This document shows, piece after piece, positions 1 to 13,925 of a stretch of 64,000 bases of DNA; within the stretch, counting starts at the first letter, position 1, and every line of letters starts with the position of its first letter. Source of the DNA: Macrostomum hystrix (taxonomy: Eukaryota > Animalia > Platyhelminthes). The notes under the pieces are model-generated. The model was not told the DNA's origin. It did not search any database and was given only the letters and a program-made list of their open reading frames with translations. A program made the translations under genes and the position numbers. The stretch is from positions 3,472,001 through 3,536,000 of the forward strand of contig CATNEN010000030.1 in the NCBI GenBank assembly GCA_950097015.1, read 5' to 3'.

Positions 1-76
1 CATCATAATACTACACATAGTTCATATATACCACTTTAGGTTCAAGAATTCTAAATACAAAAGCTAAGTAGCCTTC

Positions 77-1490
77 CTTCAGGCTACTTCCTTCAGTTGC
101 TTAGTTGCTTCAGTTGCTTCAGGTCTTTCAGTTGCTTCAGTTGCTTCAGGTCTTTCAGCTGCTTCAGTTGCTTCAGTTGCTTCAGTTGCTTCAGTGGCTT
201 CAGTTGCTTCAGGTCTTTCAGTTGCTTCAGTTGCTTCAGGTCTTTCAATTGCTTCAGTTGCTTCAGGTCTTTTAATTGCTTCAGTTGCTTCAGGTCTTTT
301 AATTGCTTCAGTTGCTTCAGGTCTTTTAATTGCTTCAGTTGCTTCAGGTCTTTTAATTGCTTCAGTTGCTTCAGGTCTTTCAATTGCTTCAGTTGCTTCA
401 GGTCTTTCAGCTGCTTCAGGTCTTTCAGTTGCTTCAGTTGCTTCAGGTCTTTTAATTGCTTCAGTTGCTTCAGGTCTTTCAATTGCTTCAGTTGCTTCAG
501 GTCTTTCAGTTGCTTCAGTTGCTTCAGGTCTTTCAATTGCTTCAGTTGCTTCAGGTCTTTCAGTTGCTTCAGTTGCTTCAGGTCTTTTAATTGCTTCAGT
601 TGCTTCAGGTCTTTCAATTGCTTCAGTTGCTTCAGGTCTTTCAACTGCTTCAGTTGCTTCAGGTCTTTTAATTGCTTCAGTTGCTTCACTTGCTTCAGTT
701 GCTTCAGGTCTTTTAATTGCTTCAGTTGCTTCAGGTCTTTTAATTGCTTCAGTTGCTTCAGGTCTTTTAATTGCTTCAGTTGCTTCAGGTCTTTCAGCTG
801 CTTCAGGTCTTTCAGTTGCTTCAGTTGCTTCAGGTCTTTTAATTGCTTCAGTTGCTTCAGGTCTTTCAATTGCTTCAGTTGCTTCAGGTCTTTCAGTTGC
901 TTCAGTTGCTTCAGGTCTTTCAGTTGCTTCAGTTCCTTCAGGTCTTTTAATTGCTTCAGTTGCTTCAGGTCTTTCAATTGCTTCAGTTGCTTCAGGTCTT
1001 TCAATTGCTTCAGTTGCTTCAGGTCTTTCAATTGCTTCAGTTGCTTCAGGTCTTTCAATTGCTTCAGTTGCTTCAGGTCTTTCAATTGCTTCAGTTGCTT
1101 CAGGTCTTTCAATTGCTTCAGTTGCTTCAGGTCTTTTAATTGCTTCAGTTGCTTCAGGTCTTTTAATTGCTTCAGTTGCTTCAGGTCTTTCAGCTGCTTC
1201 AGGTCTTTCAGTTGCTTCAGTTGCTTCAGGTCTTTTAATTGCTTCAGTTGCTTCAGGTCTTTCAATTGCTTCAGTTGCTTCAGGTCTTTCAGTTGCTTCA
1301 GTTGCTTCAGGTCTTTCAATTGCTTCAGTTGCTTCAGGTCTTTCAATTGCTTCAGTTGCTTCAGGTCTTTCAATTGCTTCAGTTGCTTCAGGTCTTTCAA
1401 TTGCTTCAGTTGCTTCAGGTCTTTCAATTGCTTCAGTTGCTTCAGGTCTTTTAATTGCTTCAGTTGTTTCAGTTGCTTCAGTTGCTTCAG
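77..1490. repeat. Minisatellite built from 9-bp subunits (TTCAGTTGC / TTCAGGTCT / TTYAATTGC) with 27-bp higher-order periodicity
   Basis: Tandem units read directly from the sequence. They explain the overlapping low-complexity ORFs (LKQLKD, CFSCFRS, ASVASG). Confidence 0.97.
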
Positions 1491-3547
1491 CTCGTGGGCT
1501 AGCTGTTTTTTGACCCCTTTATTTTCTATAAAACCAATAAATACGCATTGCTAGCTAATTGACGCACTACAAGAGAAGGGCTGGATTCCTTCCTCTGACT
1601 TCCTTCCCTAATAATTATTTTCTGCTTACTTTCTTCCAGGTCAGTACACGCGCTTGCATTAGAATATAGAAAACACGACTCGATCTGTTACCTATTTCAC
1701 AGCTGGGCATCTTTCAAAAGCGTACTTGAAAATAATTGGTGAAATTTATTTTTATACAGTCGTCAAAACCTATTCAATATGTTGTTTTAAATGAAACAAA
1801 ACAAAAATACTCATAAACTAAAAATTGACTTTTTTCTGTCGATGTCCCTTGACATTTGTTGGTGCTAAATAGTTCCCTTTGCAACTGCAAGTAGAAAATT
1901 AACAGTCAATCAAAATTCACGATGAAAATTTTCACGGCCCAAGAAGCGGAATATTATGTTATTATTTGTTTTAATACCCGACACTTTTTAATCTACGAGC
2001 GTATGCTTCTGATACTAATATCCAGCCAGTCTGCCAGTTGTGCGCCATGGCTTGCATTCAACATGTTTGTCTATCGAATGAGTTTCTCTTTTTTATGGGC
2101 GCCTAGCTTATACTTTCGGTTCAAACCAGGTCGCTCGGGACACAGAAATATACAAAGGAATGCGCGAAGTCAATTCTGCGCAATATCGGATTTGCCAGCA
2201 ATAACTCAATGGGTAGTTTTAATAAAACGTTCATTGTTAGGAAAACTGGCTTTACAACTTCATTGGCAACCATTTTTAAGCTATGAGATACGGACTAACC
2301 ACGCATTGCTTGCGGAGCTATAGGAGTGAGGGCCGGAGTATATTACGTGAATTAGTCGCTACTCTAGTTGTCCATGGACACTTTGAGCTAGGTTGAGTCG
2401 TCTCTTGTAAAGGCTGAAAACAATATACGGCTGTTTTTCTATTTTATAGCTTTGACTCGTAAATATTTTGAAGCTATGTACTTTATTGTGCATAAAATGC
2501 TCAGAAAAAAAATTAAAAAATGACAAGGTTGCTATATAGTGACCATGAAGCAGTTTTGTAATATAGTAGTGCATGAAGTGGCGTCGCTTATAAATAAATC
2601 CAAAATCCAAAATTACCTGCATCTTTAGGTAAACCCTGTCGTTTTGTCAATCAGCATGAATCGACATGAATAGATATAGATATAAACTATTTATTTATTG
2701 AGATTCTCAAACCTATTTCGTACGAGATACTTGCAATGCAAACAATAGAGAAAAAAATTGTTGAATATATATCAACTGAATGGCTTCAATGGCATTGTGT
2801 AAATCATTCCATACAGTATTAGCTATCCGAACATGTATTTTCGCTGCTGCAGTCATAGTGTTTGCAATGCTTCATAATTATAATTGCCATTCGATCAAAA
2901 AAAATTCTGTGGCAATAAAAACGCGTTTGTTGCACATTTCCCTCTGCTTGTATGCTCGTTTTCTGAACTTATCTCGTTATGATATCTGCTAAAAAAGAAT
3001 CTTTACTTGTGTTGTCAAATATTTTCCTTCAGAGGTTATAACTGAAGGGTCAAATATACTGTAACACGCACAGTCAAGCTATGACGTAACCGAATGTGTG
3101 CTCTCGCATGTAAAGATGATTGACAAACAGTGCCGAGATAAGGCAGGCATAGGGCGTTTAGGCCATACCCAGCTGCCAGTTTCGGCAAAACTCCTGCAGC
3201 CAATGTAATGATATGTCAGCTTATCTTCTTCTCGGTCGTTTTTTTACTTGAAATAGCTATAGAAGCAACAGCTAAGCTGCATTGATTTCATGAATCCATA
3301 CCGATCACTTTCGGGACCAAAGTAACTCTTATGTTTTTCCGGCCGATTCATATACCAAATTCATAGGCAACTATGCAGTCGTTATTTTCTTTATTTCCTT
3401 TGTTGTCTCACCAAAGTTAAGCGTGAAAAATTGTTGACGAGAGCAGGCGTGAGCATACTTACCGTTCAGCGTGAGCAGACACGATTACTTGAAGCTTTGA
3501 AAGCTCCAGACCACAGAGGTCTGCCCATCGCTTATCAGTTTTCATGC

Positions 3548-3722
3548 ACTCCGTACCTGACTCCGTACCTCACTCCGTACCTCACTGCGTCCCTCACTCC
3601 GTACCTCACTCCGTACCTCCCTTTGTACTTCATTCTGTATCTCACTCCGTAATTTACTTCGGCCCTCACTCCGTCCCTGACTCCCAGCAGCGAAAGCAAT
3701 GCGTGTTTAGTCCGTATCTCAT
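3548..3722. repeat. Short 12-bp tandem repeat (CCTCACTCCGTA), degenerate
   Basis: Direct reading. Gives the LTPY repeats in the ORF track. Confidence 0.85.
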
Positions 3723-3857
3723 AGCTTAAAAATGGTTTCCGATGAGTAGTAGTAGTAGTAAATTTGGCTCTGGCAAAACGCCAGTGATGCCAGAAAAACG
3801 CGAATTTATTTTTGTAAAGTTTAGTGAAACAAATTCATTTACAATTGATAGGATTAC

Positions 3858-4170
3858 AGCCAGGAGCGAGACGGCGAGGAGCTGCCGCAGGCCTATGCCT
3901 CCAGAACGCTGAGCAAGGCCGAGCGCAACACAGCACCACGGATCGAGAGCTCCTGGCCGTGGTATGGAGTCTCAAGCAGTTTCCAATGTACCTGAGCAAT
4001 AGCAGTCGTATCCAGGTGTTCACCGACCACAAGCCGATCATCGGGCTGCTGATGAGCCGGCGGGACGGCTGGAGGCTGGCTGCAGCTGATTTAGGAGTTT
4101 CCGCTGGAGATCCTTTACCGGCCTGGCAAGGAGAACATCGTGCCGGACGCTCTCAGCCGAGCAGCCGCGG
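3858..4170 (+). mobile_element. Ty3/Gypsy LTR retrotransposon pol fragment (RNase H domain), frameshifted
   Basis: Translation across frameshifts: AYASRTLSKAERN/STTDRELLAVVWSLKQF..YL..FTDHKP ... EILYRPGKENIVPDALSR. These are canonical Gypsy RT-RNaseH motifs. No LTRs seen. Confidence 0.9.
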
Positions 4171-6296
4171 TGAAATTTAAGACTGCCAACGTGCGGAAGA
4201 GCAAGACCTGGACTGGATTCTAAACGCGGCCCGTCAGGCGATGCTACAGCCCGACTTTCAGGTTCCGGCGGCTGTGAGTTCCGCGGTTCACAGACAGAGT
4301 ACTAGACTTTTTACTTTTACTTGACTATACTACTGACTTTTAGTAGTGCATACTATACTAAAAACGCTTTCACAGCTAGCACGAAACATTCGCAATTTGA
4401 TTACATTTATATTTCATTACATCCACTTTATTACATACACACATACGAGAACCACATTCAGTTAAGCGAACTAAATAATTCGGGTTTAATATATTAAAAA
4501 ACTCAAAGTCAAAGCAAACTGAAAATCGTGGTCACGCTTTGCGCCTTGGCAACACAATAAACTAAAACAAGTATTTTATACAAGAATAATACATATATAT
4601 GGTTTTATGATTAAAATGCGCAAAAATTAGTTTAATATAAAAAAATAATGTAATTTAATTTATAGTGGAAAAAAATTACAGTTGTTTTTAACAGATATTA
4701 TTTGCAGCCATTCCGGACTTAAAAAAACTGATTGCTGGGCGATAAAGCTCGTTATTACCTATATTACAAAATATTCAGAAATATGAGGAAACAAGCTGGC
4801 GAAAAAGTGAATGCATTAAAAATCCTTCAATCAGGCATCGCTTTTTCATATTTTTAAAACGCCGAAACTATTGACTACTGTTTTGGTCATTGGCGAAAAG
4901 AAAGTATGATTTGTTGTTGAAATAAACACATTTTGCTTGGCACAGAAAATTTATCTTGCAACAGAAACAATAAATAATATGTTTAAATGTCTATAATTTT
5001 GCTCTACAGTAATTTTAAAACGGCGAAAGCTTTCCTATTAATCGTAAGGGCTTCTAAACCGCTCATAAACCCGTTATAAGCCGAGGTTGATTTTCTGGAT
5101 GATCACGTCGATCAGACCAAGTTCTAACCAGCCCAGACAATCGCTGCCTGTAACATAGGTTTATACATCGGTTTATACATCTAAAGTCACATCGAGATCT
5201 AGTAGAAAAATACTTTTCCGTTTGTGGCGAAGGCGTTAAAAAAGTGTGTTTATAGCGAGTCGCTAGTGAAACGCGAGTCTAACTTAGAAGTTGGCTGAAT
5301 CAACCCGCTACGGCGTGAGAGAAGCAATAAACTTGAACATATGAAATATTATTTATTGAACATAAACCCACTGGGAGAATAAATCCTGTAGTTAGATATT
5401 ACTGTGTATCATAAACCAACAGGGAGAATAGATCCTGTAATAGATATAAAAGTGAACAAAAATCAAAAGACGATTGTAAGACAGTAGGCCCTAAGATTAA
5501 AATCATAGTCACAAGAGCAGTTAGAACCACAACAGTAGCCACAAGCCAATTGACATGTTTACACTAGACACTAATAATAAAATATTAGGCAATGCTTATC
5601 CCCTCAGTCCATACACATAGATAATGGTACTGCCAATTTACAGATTATGCTGATTATAACACTAGGCATAGCTACTAATTTACACTGTATGCATTGTCAT
5701 GTCATTATGAAACCCTAGGCCTAGCTGATGCATTGTTACACATTGTTCTAGCTACTTGTGTAGGTAAAGTAACAGTAATTTTTTTGACTTTCCTAAATAT
5801 ACTTGTGTATTGACTGATCTTTTAGAAAAAAAATTTATTTAGGCCCCATTATAAACAGGCACATGGTTTCAAATTTTACTATTGATATTCACATTGATGC
5901 GATGGGCTTGTTTTGATGAAAAATCTGTCTATAGTCATATTTATAGATAGCAAAAAGAGAATGATACAAATTTTTATACATTTGTAGCATGACATACAAT
6001 GTAGGGTAAGGGTAGATATTTTATATTTTGGCAAAATGTCATCTCATGAGGATAAGCTGGACATTTATGATTTATTTGCAAAGAACAGTATAGATTTACA
6101 GATAATTTCAGAGGTATTAGGATAATATTGTCTATGGGGATATACATTGTCTAGCAATGTTCTACTTCCGTTCGCTATATTATTTTTTGTTTGCAAACGT
6201 CAGATAACGACAAAAAACAAGTTTAACAGTAACAAAAAGTCAGTAGGCCTAGTTTGGTCACACAGTTCTGAAAAGTCTTGGTCAGTCTTTCTTCTT

Positions 6297-6445
6297 TCAA
6301 AATGGGTAATAGTACTACCTAATCCAGTAGAGGATGTTACCGAAGCTATTCTTGGAGTATAGATGGTGCCATAAGAATTCTTTGAGGTGGCTTTCAAATA
6401 GAGCAGTACTCGTGCCATGCATTTGACGCAGCTTGGCCTTCGTGA
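6297..6445 (-). mobile_element. Merlin/ISXO2(IS1595)-like transposase C-terminal relic
   Basis: A minus-strand frame not in the ORF track reads KAKLRQMHGTSTALFESHLKEFLWHHLYSKNSFGNILYWIR*YYYPF*. This resembles the C-terminus of Merlin/ISXO2-type transposases (GTS..LF.SYL.EF.WR.....F.NIL..I...YP). Contains an internal stop. Confidence 0.6.
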
Positions 6446-7075
6446 AATTTTCAGCTGCAGAATTTCTGTGCTTTTGCTTCCTGTTCCCCCATATTTGCCA
6501 GATTTTGCCATAGACATAGATCCAAGTGTCAAGTCATGGCAAAGCCACGTCAACACAACTTTTTCAAACTCAGAATACACGTGTGGCATAAATACAAACA
6601 AAAAAATAATATAACGAATGGAAATAGAACATTGCCCATTGTCTTTATATACTGTTTAAAGACAATGAAAGAAAATATATTGTTTAATTTAAATAATCTC
6701 ATTTTAGGCTTGGACAATGCAGTGGACTAAAAATAGCTTCTTGATTGGCAAAGCAAATAAACAGTGCAGTAAATTCCACATAGTCCACCGCATAGTCTAC
6801 TGCATAGTCTACTGCATAGTCTAAGCCTGAAAGAGCTTTTTTAAACAGTGTGGTAAATTCTGCATAGTCCACCACATAATAAGGTTTGTTAAATAGGTTT
6901 TTTAACATGTTATAAGCAGTGCAGTAAAACCGCTAACTTCACTGCAGGGTAATGTTGACATTAGTATGCGGTAAAGTTAGCAGTTTTTACTGCGCGGTAA
7001 ATGTCGCTAACATTAAAACTGTAAATATAATCTGTAGACCATCTTCTTGATCTTGACTATTTTCAATTTTTTACT

Positions 7076-7400
7076 AGTAGCTAATGTACCTAGCCAGTAG
7101 CTAATTGTACCTAGCCAGTAGCTAATGTACCTAGCCAGTAGCTAATGTACCTAGCCAGTAGCTAATGTACCTAGCCAGTAGCTAATGTACCTAGCCAGTA
7201 GCTAATGTACCTAGCCAGTAGCTAATGTACCTAGCCAGTAGCTAATGTACCTAGACAGTAGCTAATGTACCTAGCCAGTAGCTAATGTACCTAGCCAGTA
7301 GCTAATGTACCTAGCCAGTAGCTAATGTACCTAGACAGTAGCTAATGTACCTAGCCAGTAGCTAATGTACCTAGCCAGTAGCTAATGTACCTAGCCAGTA
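7076..7400. repeat. 20-bp minisatellite (GCTAATGTACCTAGCCAGTA), ~16 copies
   Basis: Near-perfect tandem units. Confidence 0.97.
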
Positions 7401-8066
7401 GGTAACAAAAGCCTTACTATGATTGTTAGTTGGCCATTTGTTAGCTATGCAGATATTATTATTTTAACTGTAGACCTAAAAAACATAACTAGCTAATATA
7501 ACTTAGGCTAATAATAGAGTACTTAGCTACAAAAAATATAATAAAAAACAATATATGTATATATACATATACATATAAATTTGTTATGCAACAAATTTAG
7601 GTTCTTTTTACTGTTCCACCATAGGCATAGCTATGGATGCAGTTAAAAAAGTTACCTACAGCTATATAGAGCTATTTAAACAAAATTTACAGATATAGAT
7701 ATGGTTATGTAAACTTCTGTTTCCCATTTCTAGTTCCCATATTAAAAGTTTTCCCCAACTCAAATCATTCTGAAGCCCTGATGTTATTTTTACATTGTGA
7801 GGTGGGGTTTTTCCCGAGTTGGTTGCTAAAGAGATCTGGATTTCTAAAGCAAAATTGCAAACAAAAATATTTTTTTACCATTTTGATTTATCAAAATTGT
7901 GGATTTCAAAAGTCTTTTGAATGTTCCCTAACTTTTTTATACAAGATTAAAACAAAATAGGAAGCTAATATATTTATCTTAAGATTGATTTCAGTGTTCC
8001 AATTTAGCACATGTATAATTGTACCTCATTGAACTGCAGATTTTATACTCTACAAAAAGCCTTCCA

Positions 8067-11000
8067 ATGAGCAGCTGTCAGGCCAGTCATCATCAACCTG
8101 TGGTGCCAGCACCATTGCCGGAAACCTCTGCATCTAAAAAGCACCGACCAGCGACTGTAGAAAAGTCAAAGCAACAGCAGCAGCAGCATGATAGGCACAA
8201 TGGCTCAGCCGCCTGCTCAATGACAACTTGCTCATCTGCGGCTCTGCGCGATTTTCTCTTCAACACTAGCTGCGTTGGCGACGGCTTTTCAGCGACTTGC
8301 TCATCCACTATCGAACTCACCGCCACCACCTCCGCACCTGTCTCCACAAGCTGCTCTCCCAGCAAAACGGTGCCCACTGGCAGTTCAATTGCGTGCTCTA
8401 GGCTGGCCAATACTACTGCTGCCACTGCATCTTCTGGTTCATCGGCTGGCTCGGCTGATTCTTCCGGTTCACCAACACCAGAACTGCTGCTGTCGGATGA
8501 GGATTCTGAGGTGCGAGCCTTATTTTTCCCACCCTACTAAACTGCCACCCTACACACTCTAATCTGCCACACTGCCTTATTCTCTCATTCTAGCATCCTC
8601 CCCAACAGATTCTCTCATTCTAATCAGCCACCCTAACATTTCTCTCATTTTAATCTGCCAGCCTTCCAGATTCTGTCATTCTAATCTGCCAGCCTACCAG
8701 ATTCTGTCATTCTAATCTGCCAGCCTACCAGATTCTGTCATTCTAATCTGCCAGCCTACCAGATTCTCTCATTCTAATCTGCCAGCCTACCAGATTCTGT
8801 CATTCTAATCTGCCAGCCTACCAGATACTCTCATTCTAATCTGCCAGCCTACCAGATGCTCTCATTCTAACCTGCCACACTACCAGATTCTTTCATTCTA
8901 ACCTGCCACACTACCAGATTCTTTCATTCTAATCTGCCACACTACCAGATTCTCTCATTCTAATCTGCCACACTACCAGATTCTTTCATTCTAATCTGCC
9001 ACACTACCAGATTCTCTCATTCTAATCTGCCACACTACCAGATTCTCTCATTCTAATCTGCCACACTACCAGATTCTCTCATTCTAATCTGCCAGCCGTA
9101 CTATCTATCAACTCTGACCGTATGGGCAATTTCTCTTTTTAACCGAGGCCAATCTATCTGGTATTTTCTCTTGTCCACCTTTCAGCCTGATGAGGGTGTC
9201 AAGTCTTCCAAACAGCCGGGAGCAGCGGACGCCTGCCGCTGTCGGTCGTGCAGATCCCGTCGGGCAGCTCAGCAGGTTCGCCGCGGCCTCGCCAAGCCGA
9301 CTCTGGAGCCGGAGGCCGAGGCCCGCCTAGTCGCCCTAGCGGACTGGCTGGCCGAGCGGGATCCTGGCGCTCTCTATGCAGCCATGGAGGAGCTGGGCGT
9401 GCGTCAGGCGCGCGAAATTGGCGCCCGACTGTGCAGCGCGCTGCCAGACGCTCCGCTGTCCGATATTAAACGTGAATTCTGCCGCGTCCTAATGCTAACA
9501 ATGCGCGAGGAGCTGCAAATTATGCGCCGCAATGCGACACGCCAGGCCACTGTAGCACGACTGTTGGAGACTACACACCTGGCACCTCTGGGCATCACCT
9601 GGGTGCAGCTTTGCGAACACTGGTTCCAGAGCCTTGCCTACTCATGCAGCGATCTGCGCCAGGTGCACAGTATCATGATGGAGCGCCTGAAGCCGCGCCC
9701 AGAGGATCGTGAAACACCGTCGCCGTTGAAGCTCTACCTAGAGTTGGACGCTGCAATGTCTGACGCCGACAATCGCTGGCGCCAGGTTCGGCCACAGCTG
9801 CAGGCTTGGCGGGCCAGGCACTGCGCCAGCGGCTTCGGCGGCCTCGCGGAAGAACTGGCCGGCACGCTGCTCGCCGACCCGACTGTGGTTCAACAGCTGT
9901 ACAAACTGCATGTGGCGCAGTCAATGAGCGATACACCCGTACAGTCATACACTTGCACCAAGTGTAACAAAACCTTGTGCGGCTGCTATATGTGCTCCTT
10001 TTCGCATTGCGTCACGTGCGGTTTCGAAGAGCTGGACGCCGGCATCGAGACCCACGCTGGCGATGGTTGCGTTGGACGACAACGGAAGCGTCATAGCGAC
10101 GTCGCCCTCCGCGGCAGCTGCTCTTCCGACGACGAGGCCGAAATCGGCGCCTCCGCCTGCTTTAGGAAAGAGTCGACAGCGTTGAAGCAGCGCATCAAAG
10201 CCAACTACATCGCAGCGGCTATCGTGTCGACGTCGCTAAACCAACAGCCGACGTCGGAGGTAATCGTTGGCTGCTGCGGTGGCGGCTCCTCCGATGCAGC
10301 TGACGTAACGGCAGGTCGCCCTGGGGTTTGCCAGCACCAGCACCAGATGTTTGACGCGCACTACCAGCACCACCATCACCACGGGCACCAGCAGCAGCAC
10401 CACCAGCACAGTTTTGCGCCCACTGCGTCTGGCAGCTCGGCTGACAAATCGGCGGATTCGACAGCTAACAATGGCACTGGCAACAATGGCCGCTTCTGCG
10501 ACTGCTGCTACTGCGAGGTCTTCGGCCACAGCGGCGGACAGCAGCCGGCTGTGCCGCCGAAATTCTTTGAGAAGCGTGAACAACTGCGCCTGAAGCTGCG
10601 CCGAAAAAAACAGAAGCCGCAGTCGCAGCAGCGGGTTCACGGCGGCGAAGTCTCCCAGTCGGCAGCCACCGATATCGACGCCCTAGTCGAGTTCATCGAA
10701 GGCGCCAAGGCCAGCAATGCCAAGCCAGCGCCGCCGGCCGCTGCGTCTGCGGCTAAACGCGAGGCGAAGAAAACACGCCAAAAAGCGGCCAAGAAGGCGA
10801 CGGAGGCCTCCACACCAACTAGAGCGGATCGGAGTCCAGACTCGCGATCTGAGAAGCCCGAGTCTGATGCCAAGTTAGCTAACAAGAATTGTACTGACCA
10901 TTCTGGCAATGCCAACGGAAATGCCGGTAGCGTCGGCAGAGTGGCGGACAAGCGGGCGAACGGCAGTCCCGATCCAGGTACGGATTCCTGTGGCACCTTC

Positions 11001-11948
11001 TGATTATAAATATTTGCAAGTTCCTTTCACTAATATTCACAATCCATTGCAGAGGAAGTGTTTAAACCGCGTGACCAGATTCATAACGAAGGCAATCAGC
11101 AGACTTTTGAATGTCAAACCGACGAGGATAGCGATGTCGACCCGGTAGTTGAACAGTTTAAAAGGTGATTTTTTTGTTTAATTTTTTAGTTACTTCATCC
11201 CTAGCAAATTAGACAACTTTAGGCATAGAAAATTTCAAGCTACTATAGTCCATAATTTTCTAAAATCTGAAATTCGGTATTTATAAAGTCAGGAATTCAG
11301 TACTTCAAAATCAGGAATTCTGTAATTCAAAATCAGGAATTCAGTTATTCTAAGTCAGGAATTCGGTAATTCTAAATCAGGAATTCTGTAATTACAAATC
11401 AGGAATTCAGTAATTATAAATCAGGAATTCAGTAATTATAAATCAGGAACTCAGTAATTATAAATCAGAAATTCGGTAATTCTAAATCAGGAATTCGGTA
11501 ATTCTAAGTCAGGAATTCTGTAATTATAAATCAGGAATTCGGTAATTATAAATCAGGAATTCGGTAATTCTAAATCAGGAATTCTGTAATTATAAATCAG
11601 GAATTCGGTAATTCTAAATCAGGAATTCTGTAATTATAAATCAGGAATTCTGTAATTCTAAATCAGGAATTCGGTATTTATAAATTAGGAATTCTGTAAT
11701 TATAAATCAGGAATTCTGTAATTATATATCAGGAATTCTGTAATTCTAAGTCAGGAATTCGGTAATTCTGAATCAGGAATTCTGTAATTATAAATTTGGA
11801 ATTCGGAAAATTGAGAACTATGCACCCTGACATTAAGATGCGCGCATTAATTCCGCACCTCAGCTTCGTGATGAACTCGCACACGCCCAAGGAGAGGCAG
11901 AAGGTTCGACTTGACATCAACTCACTGTCTTTGTCGATGAAGAAGTGA
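8067..11948 (+). CDS. FAM193: FAM193-family protein (~810 aa), 4 exons
   Basis: Exons 8067-8510, 9186-10977, 11053-11164 and 11864-11948 have GT-AG junctions and consistent phases (2433 nt). Motifs: RFCDCCYCEVFGH...FFEKREQLRLKL, DIDALVEFIEG, and the FAM193 C-terminal domain EEVFKPRD...DVDPVVEQFKSFVMNSHTPKERQKVRLDINSLSL. The start codon is uncertain. Confidence 0.85.
8560..9100. repeat. 31-bp intronic minisatellite (TTCTAATCTGCCACACTACCAGATTCTCTCA) in FAM193 intron 1
   Basis: Tandem units; variants occur in blocks along the array. Confidence 0.95.
11270..11810. repeat. 22-bp intronic minisatellite (AAATCAGGAATTCGGTAATTCT) in FAM193 intron 3
   Basis: Tandem units between the donor at 11165 and the acceptor at 11863. 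Confidence 0.95.
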
Positions 11949-13318
11949 CCGCTATACAAAAGTAGCGACTCCACTACTTACAGTAGCGAAAACTTGTGTC
12001 TATTGTCATTAATTATTTCTTTTGTTTTCATTTTTGCTTTAAAATAAAAACTTCATCTCTCACCAATTCTACTAGTAGTTTTTTTACCTGTTTTTTTATT
12101 TATAATAGATTAAAATCTAATTAGCAAAAAAAGGTCCTACGCTATGCTATCACTCTGTTTTCCTGTACGGAGCTTCCTACTTTTAAAGATACCGCTGATA
12201 TTTTATTCTTTAATTTATTTTTAAAGCTATTTTTAGCACGTTGCCAGTTAAACAGTTAAACAATTGGCAAGAATGGGGAAAAGTTACTGATCTTGTTGAA
12301 TAAGGAAATGCGCGTAAAATATTATGCCCAGTGTTTTGCGTTTTATTCAATCCCTAAATTTTTAGATTTATCCATAAAGATGATCCCAGGCGCAACTATC
12401 ACAATACCCTAACTAATGTGCTACTAATCACAATGTTCAAACTGCTTGGTTGCGAGCAGGCTGCTCAATTAGATCTATCTGCATTGGTTAGAATATAGTT
12501 TTTAAATAATTATTTTTGCAGCTAACGTTTCACAATTGGGTCGCACGCCTAAGTCATTGCTCAGTTAGTTTTAGGCCCCTGTTCGATGCGTCAACCAGTT
12601 TTTTAACTCCATTTTTTACCAAGTCTACGCTTACTTCTCTACCCAGCTAGCAGTAGTATATGCGGTATGTTTGCATCAGCAATAGTGCAGAGCAACGCTG
12701 CCTTCTCTCATTTACAGTGGCCATCACAACTTTGCAGTACTAGTGCTATTTAGTTCAGCTATACATTAGTAAGCCTGTTTGCTCTAGCAGCTAATTCTCC
12801 ATATTTGCTGGCTTTATCCAACTGCTGTCGTGTGCGGAGTGAGTTGTGCTCCATTTTTAGATATATTTTGCTGTTTGGCGGTCGCTATTTTCTAGTTTAA
12901 TGTTCATTTGCTGGGCATTTGTTCGCATTGCTTATTTTCTAGTTGTAAATTGAAATTGATTCAGAATAACTTGGCACAGCTTCAGTAGCCACTTGTGTGT
13001 CGCTTGAAACCTCAAAACTGGGTAGCGTCCCGTTTTTGTTATTTTTTCAGCTTGGATTTTTACGCTATTTCGAAGTACGAGAAGTGTGCATGACAACTCT
13101 ATAATATACTTGTTCATGAATGGGCTTCAAATTATTAGGCTTTATCATAGCAAATTCATTAATAAGCGAAATCATCCATTTTGCTTGGAACAATGGGGAC
13201 TGTTTTTGCAACAAAGGTATCACCTGAATCTGTGAATTTTCGTATTTCCTTTTCCTTTAAATATTAAAATCACGCCTTCGTATTGCATAGCGCTGTGTGA
13301 CCTTTATGGTGTCATTAA

Positions 13319-13925
13319 CAGTAGGACTACCAAGCCATTTTGCCGCCCGTTTTTATACCAAAATTTTGGTATGTTTAAGTTAGGTTGCTGCCGTTCAAAA
13401 TAATTTTTTGACAGCACACGAACGCTTATGGGTGGTAACTGATTGGTTGACAGGCGATGGAGTCCTGTGGTTGAGCTGCGCCTAATATTTAGGCTTGATC
13501 AGTGAAATTGGAAAAATTCGCGTCAGGGTGTCCATAGTGACCTAGTTCCACCTGTTGTTGCCCTTGAAGGTCCAACAGTCCGTCTAGATAAAGGTAGGTG
13601 ACCACCAAAGACGGAGATGATGCAGGCAAATTCGCGTGAAATGCTGATAAATTTAGAAGGCCTGGTAAGGCTACACTGAGGCGCAGTGCTAATTCGTGTA
13701 TAGGGATTGAATGAAATACAATAGCGCTTATTGGAAAAATCAGACCTTCGACCAGAAACATAGAATATCTCGACGGTCTGAAGAGCCAGGAACTTGATTA
13801 CTGTTTCAGAAGATGCGCAAGCAAAAAGTTGGTCGGTGTTCTTGAGTTTCGTGTGCTTGCATTGCTCCGTTCGGGTGCAGCACAAGAAATTGTCAGGGGG
13901 GAAATCCCCCTTGGTAGTTCTACTG
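13319..13925. mobile_element. ~607-bp non-autonomous DNA transposon (MITE) flanked by TTAA
   Basis: 16-bp TIR CAGTAGGACTACCAAG / CTTGGTAGTTCTACTG (1 mismatch). TTAA at 13315-13318 and 13926-13929. An alternative reading is a TA TSD with termini ACAGT. Confidence 0.7.

Noticed and set aside
93-1554. Three overlapping ORFs of 439-485 aa (LKQLKD, CFSCFRS, ASVASG repeats)
   Set aside because: They are products of a stop-free 9/27-bp tandem repeat. There is no unique coding sequence or codon structure.
6915-7005. Imperfect inverted repeat GCAGTAAAACCGCTAACT / AGTTAGCAGTTTTTACTGC
   Set aside because: Short, with no TSD and no second copy in the window. Insufficient to call a MITE or RNA structure.
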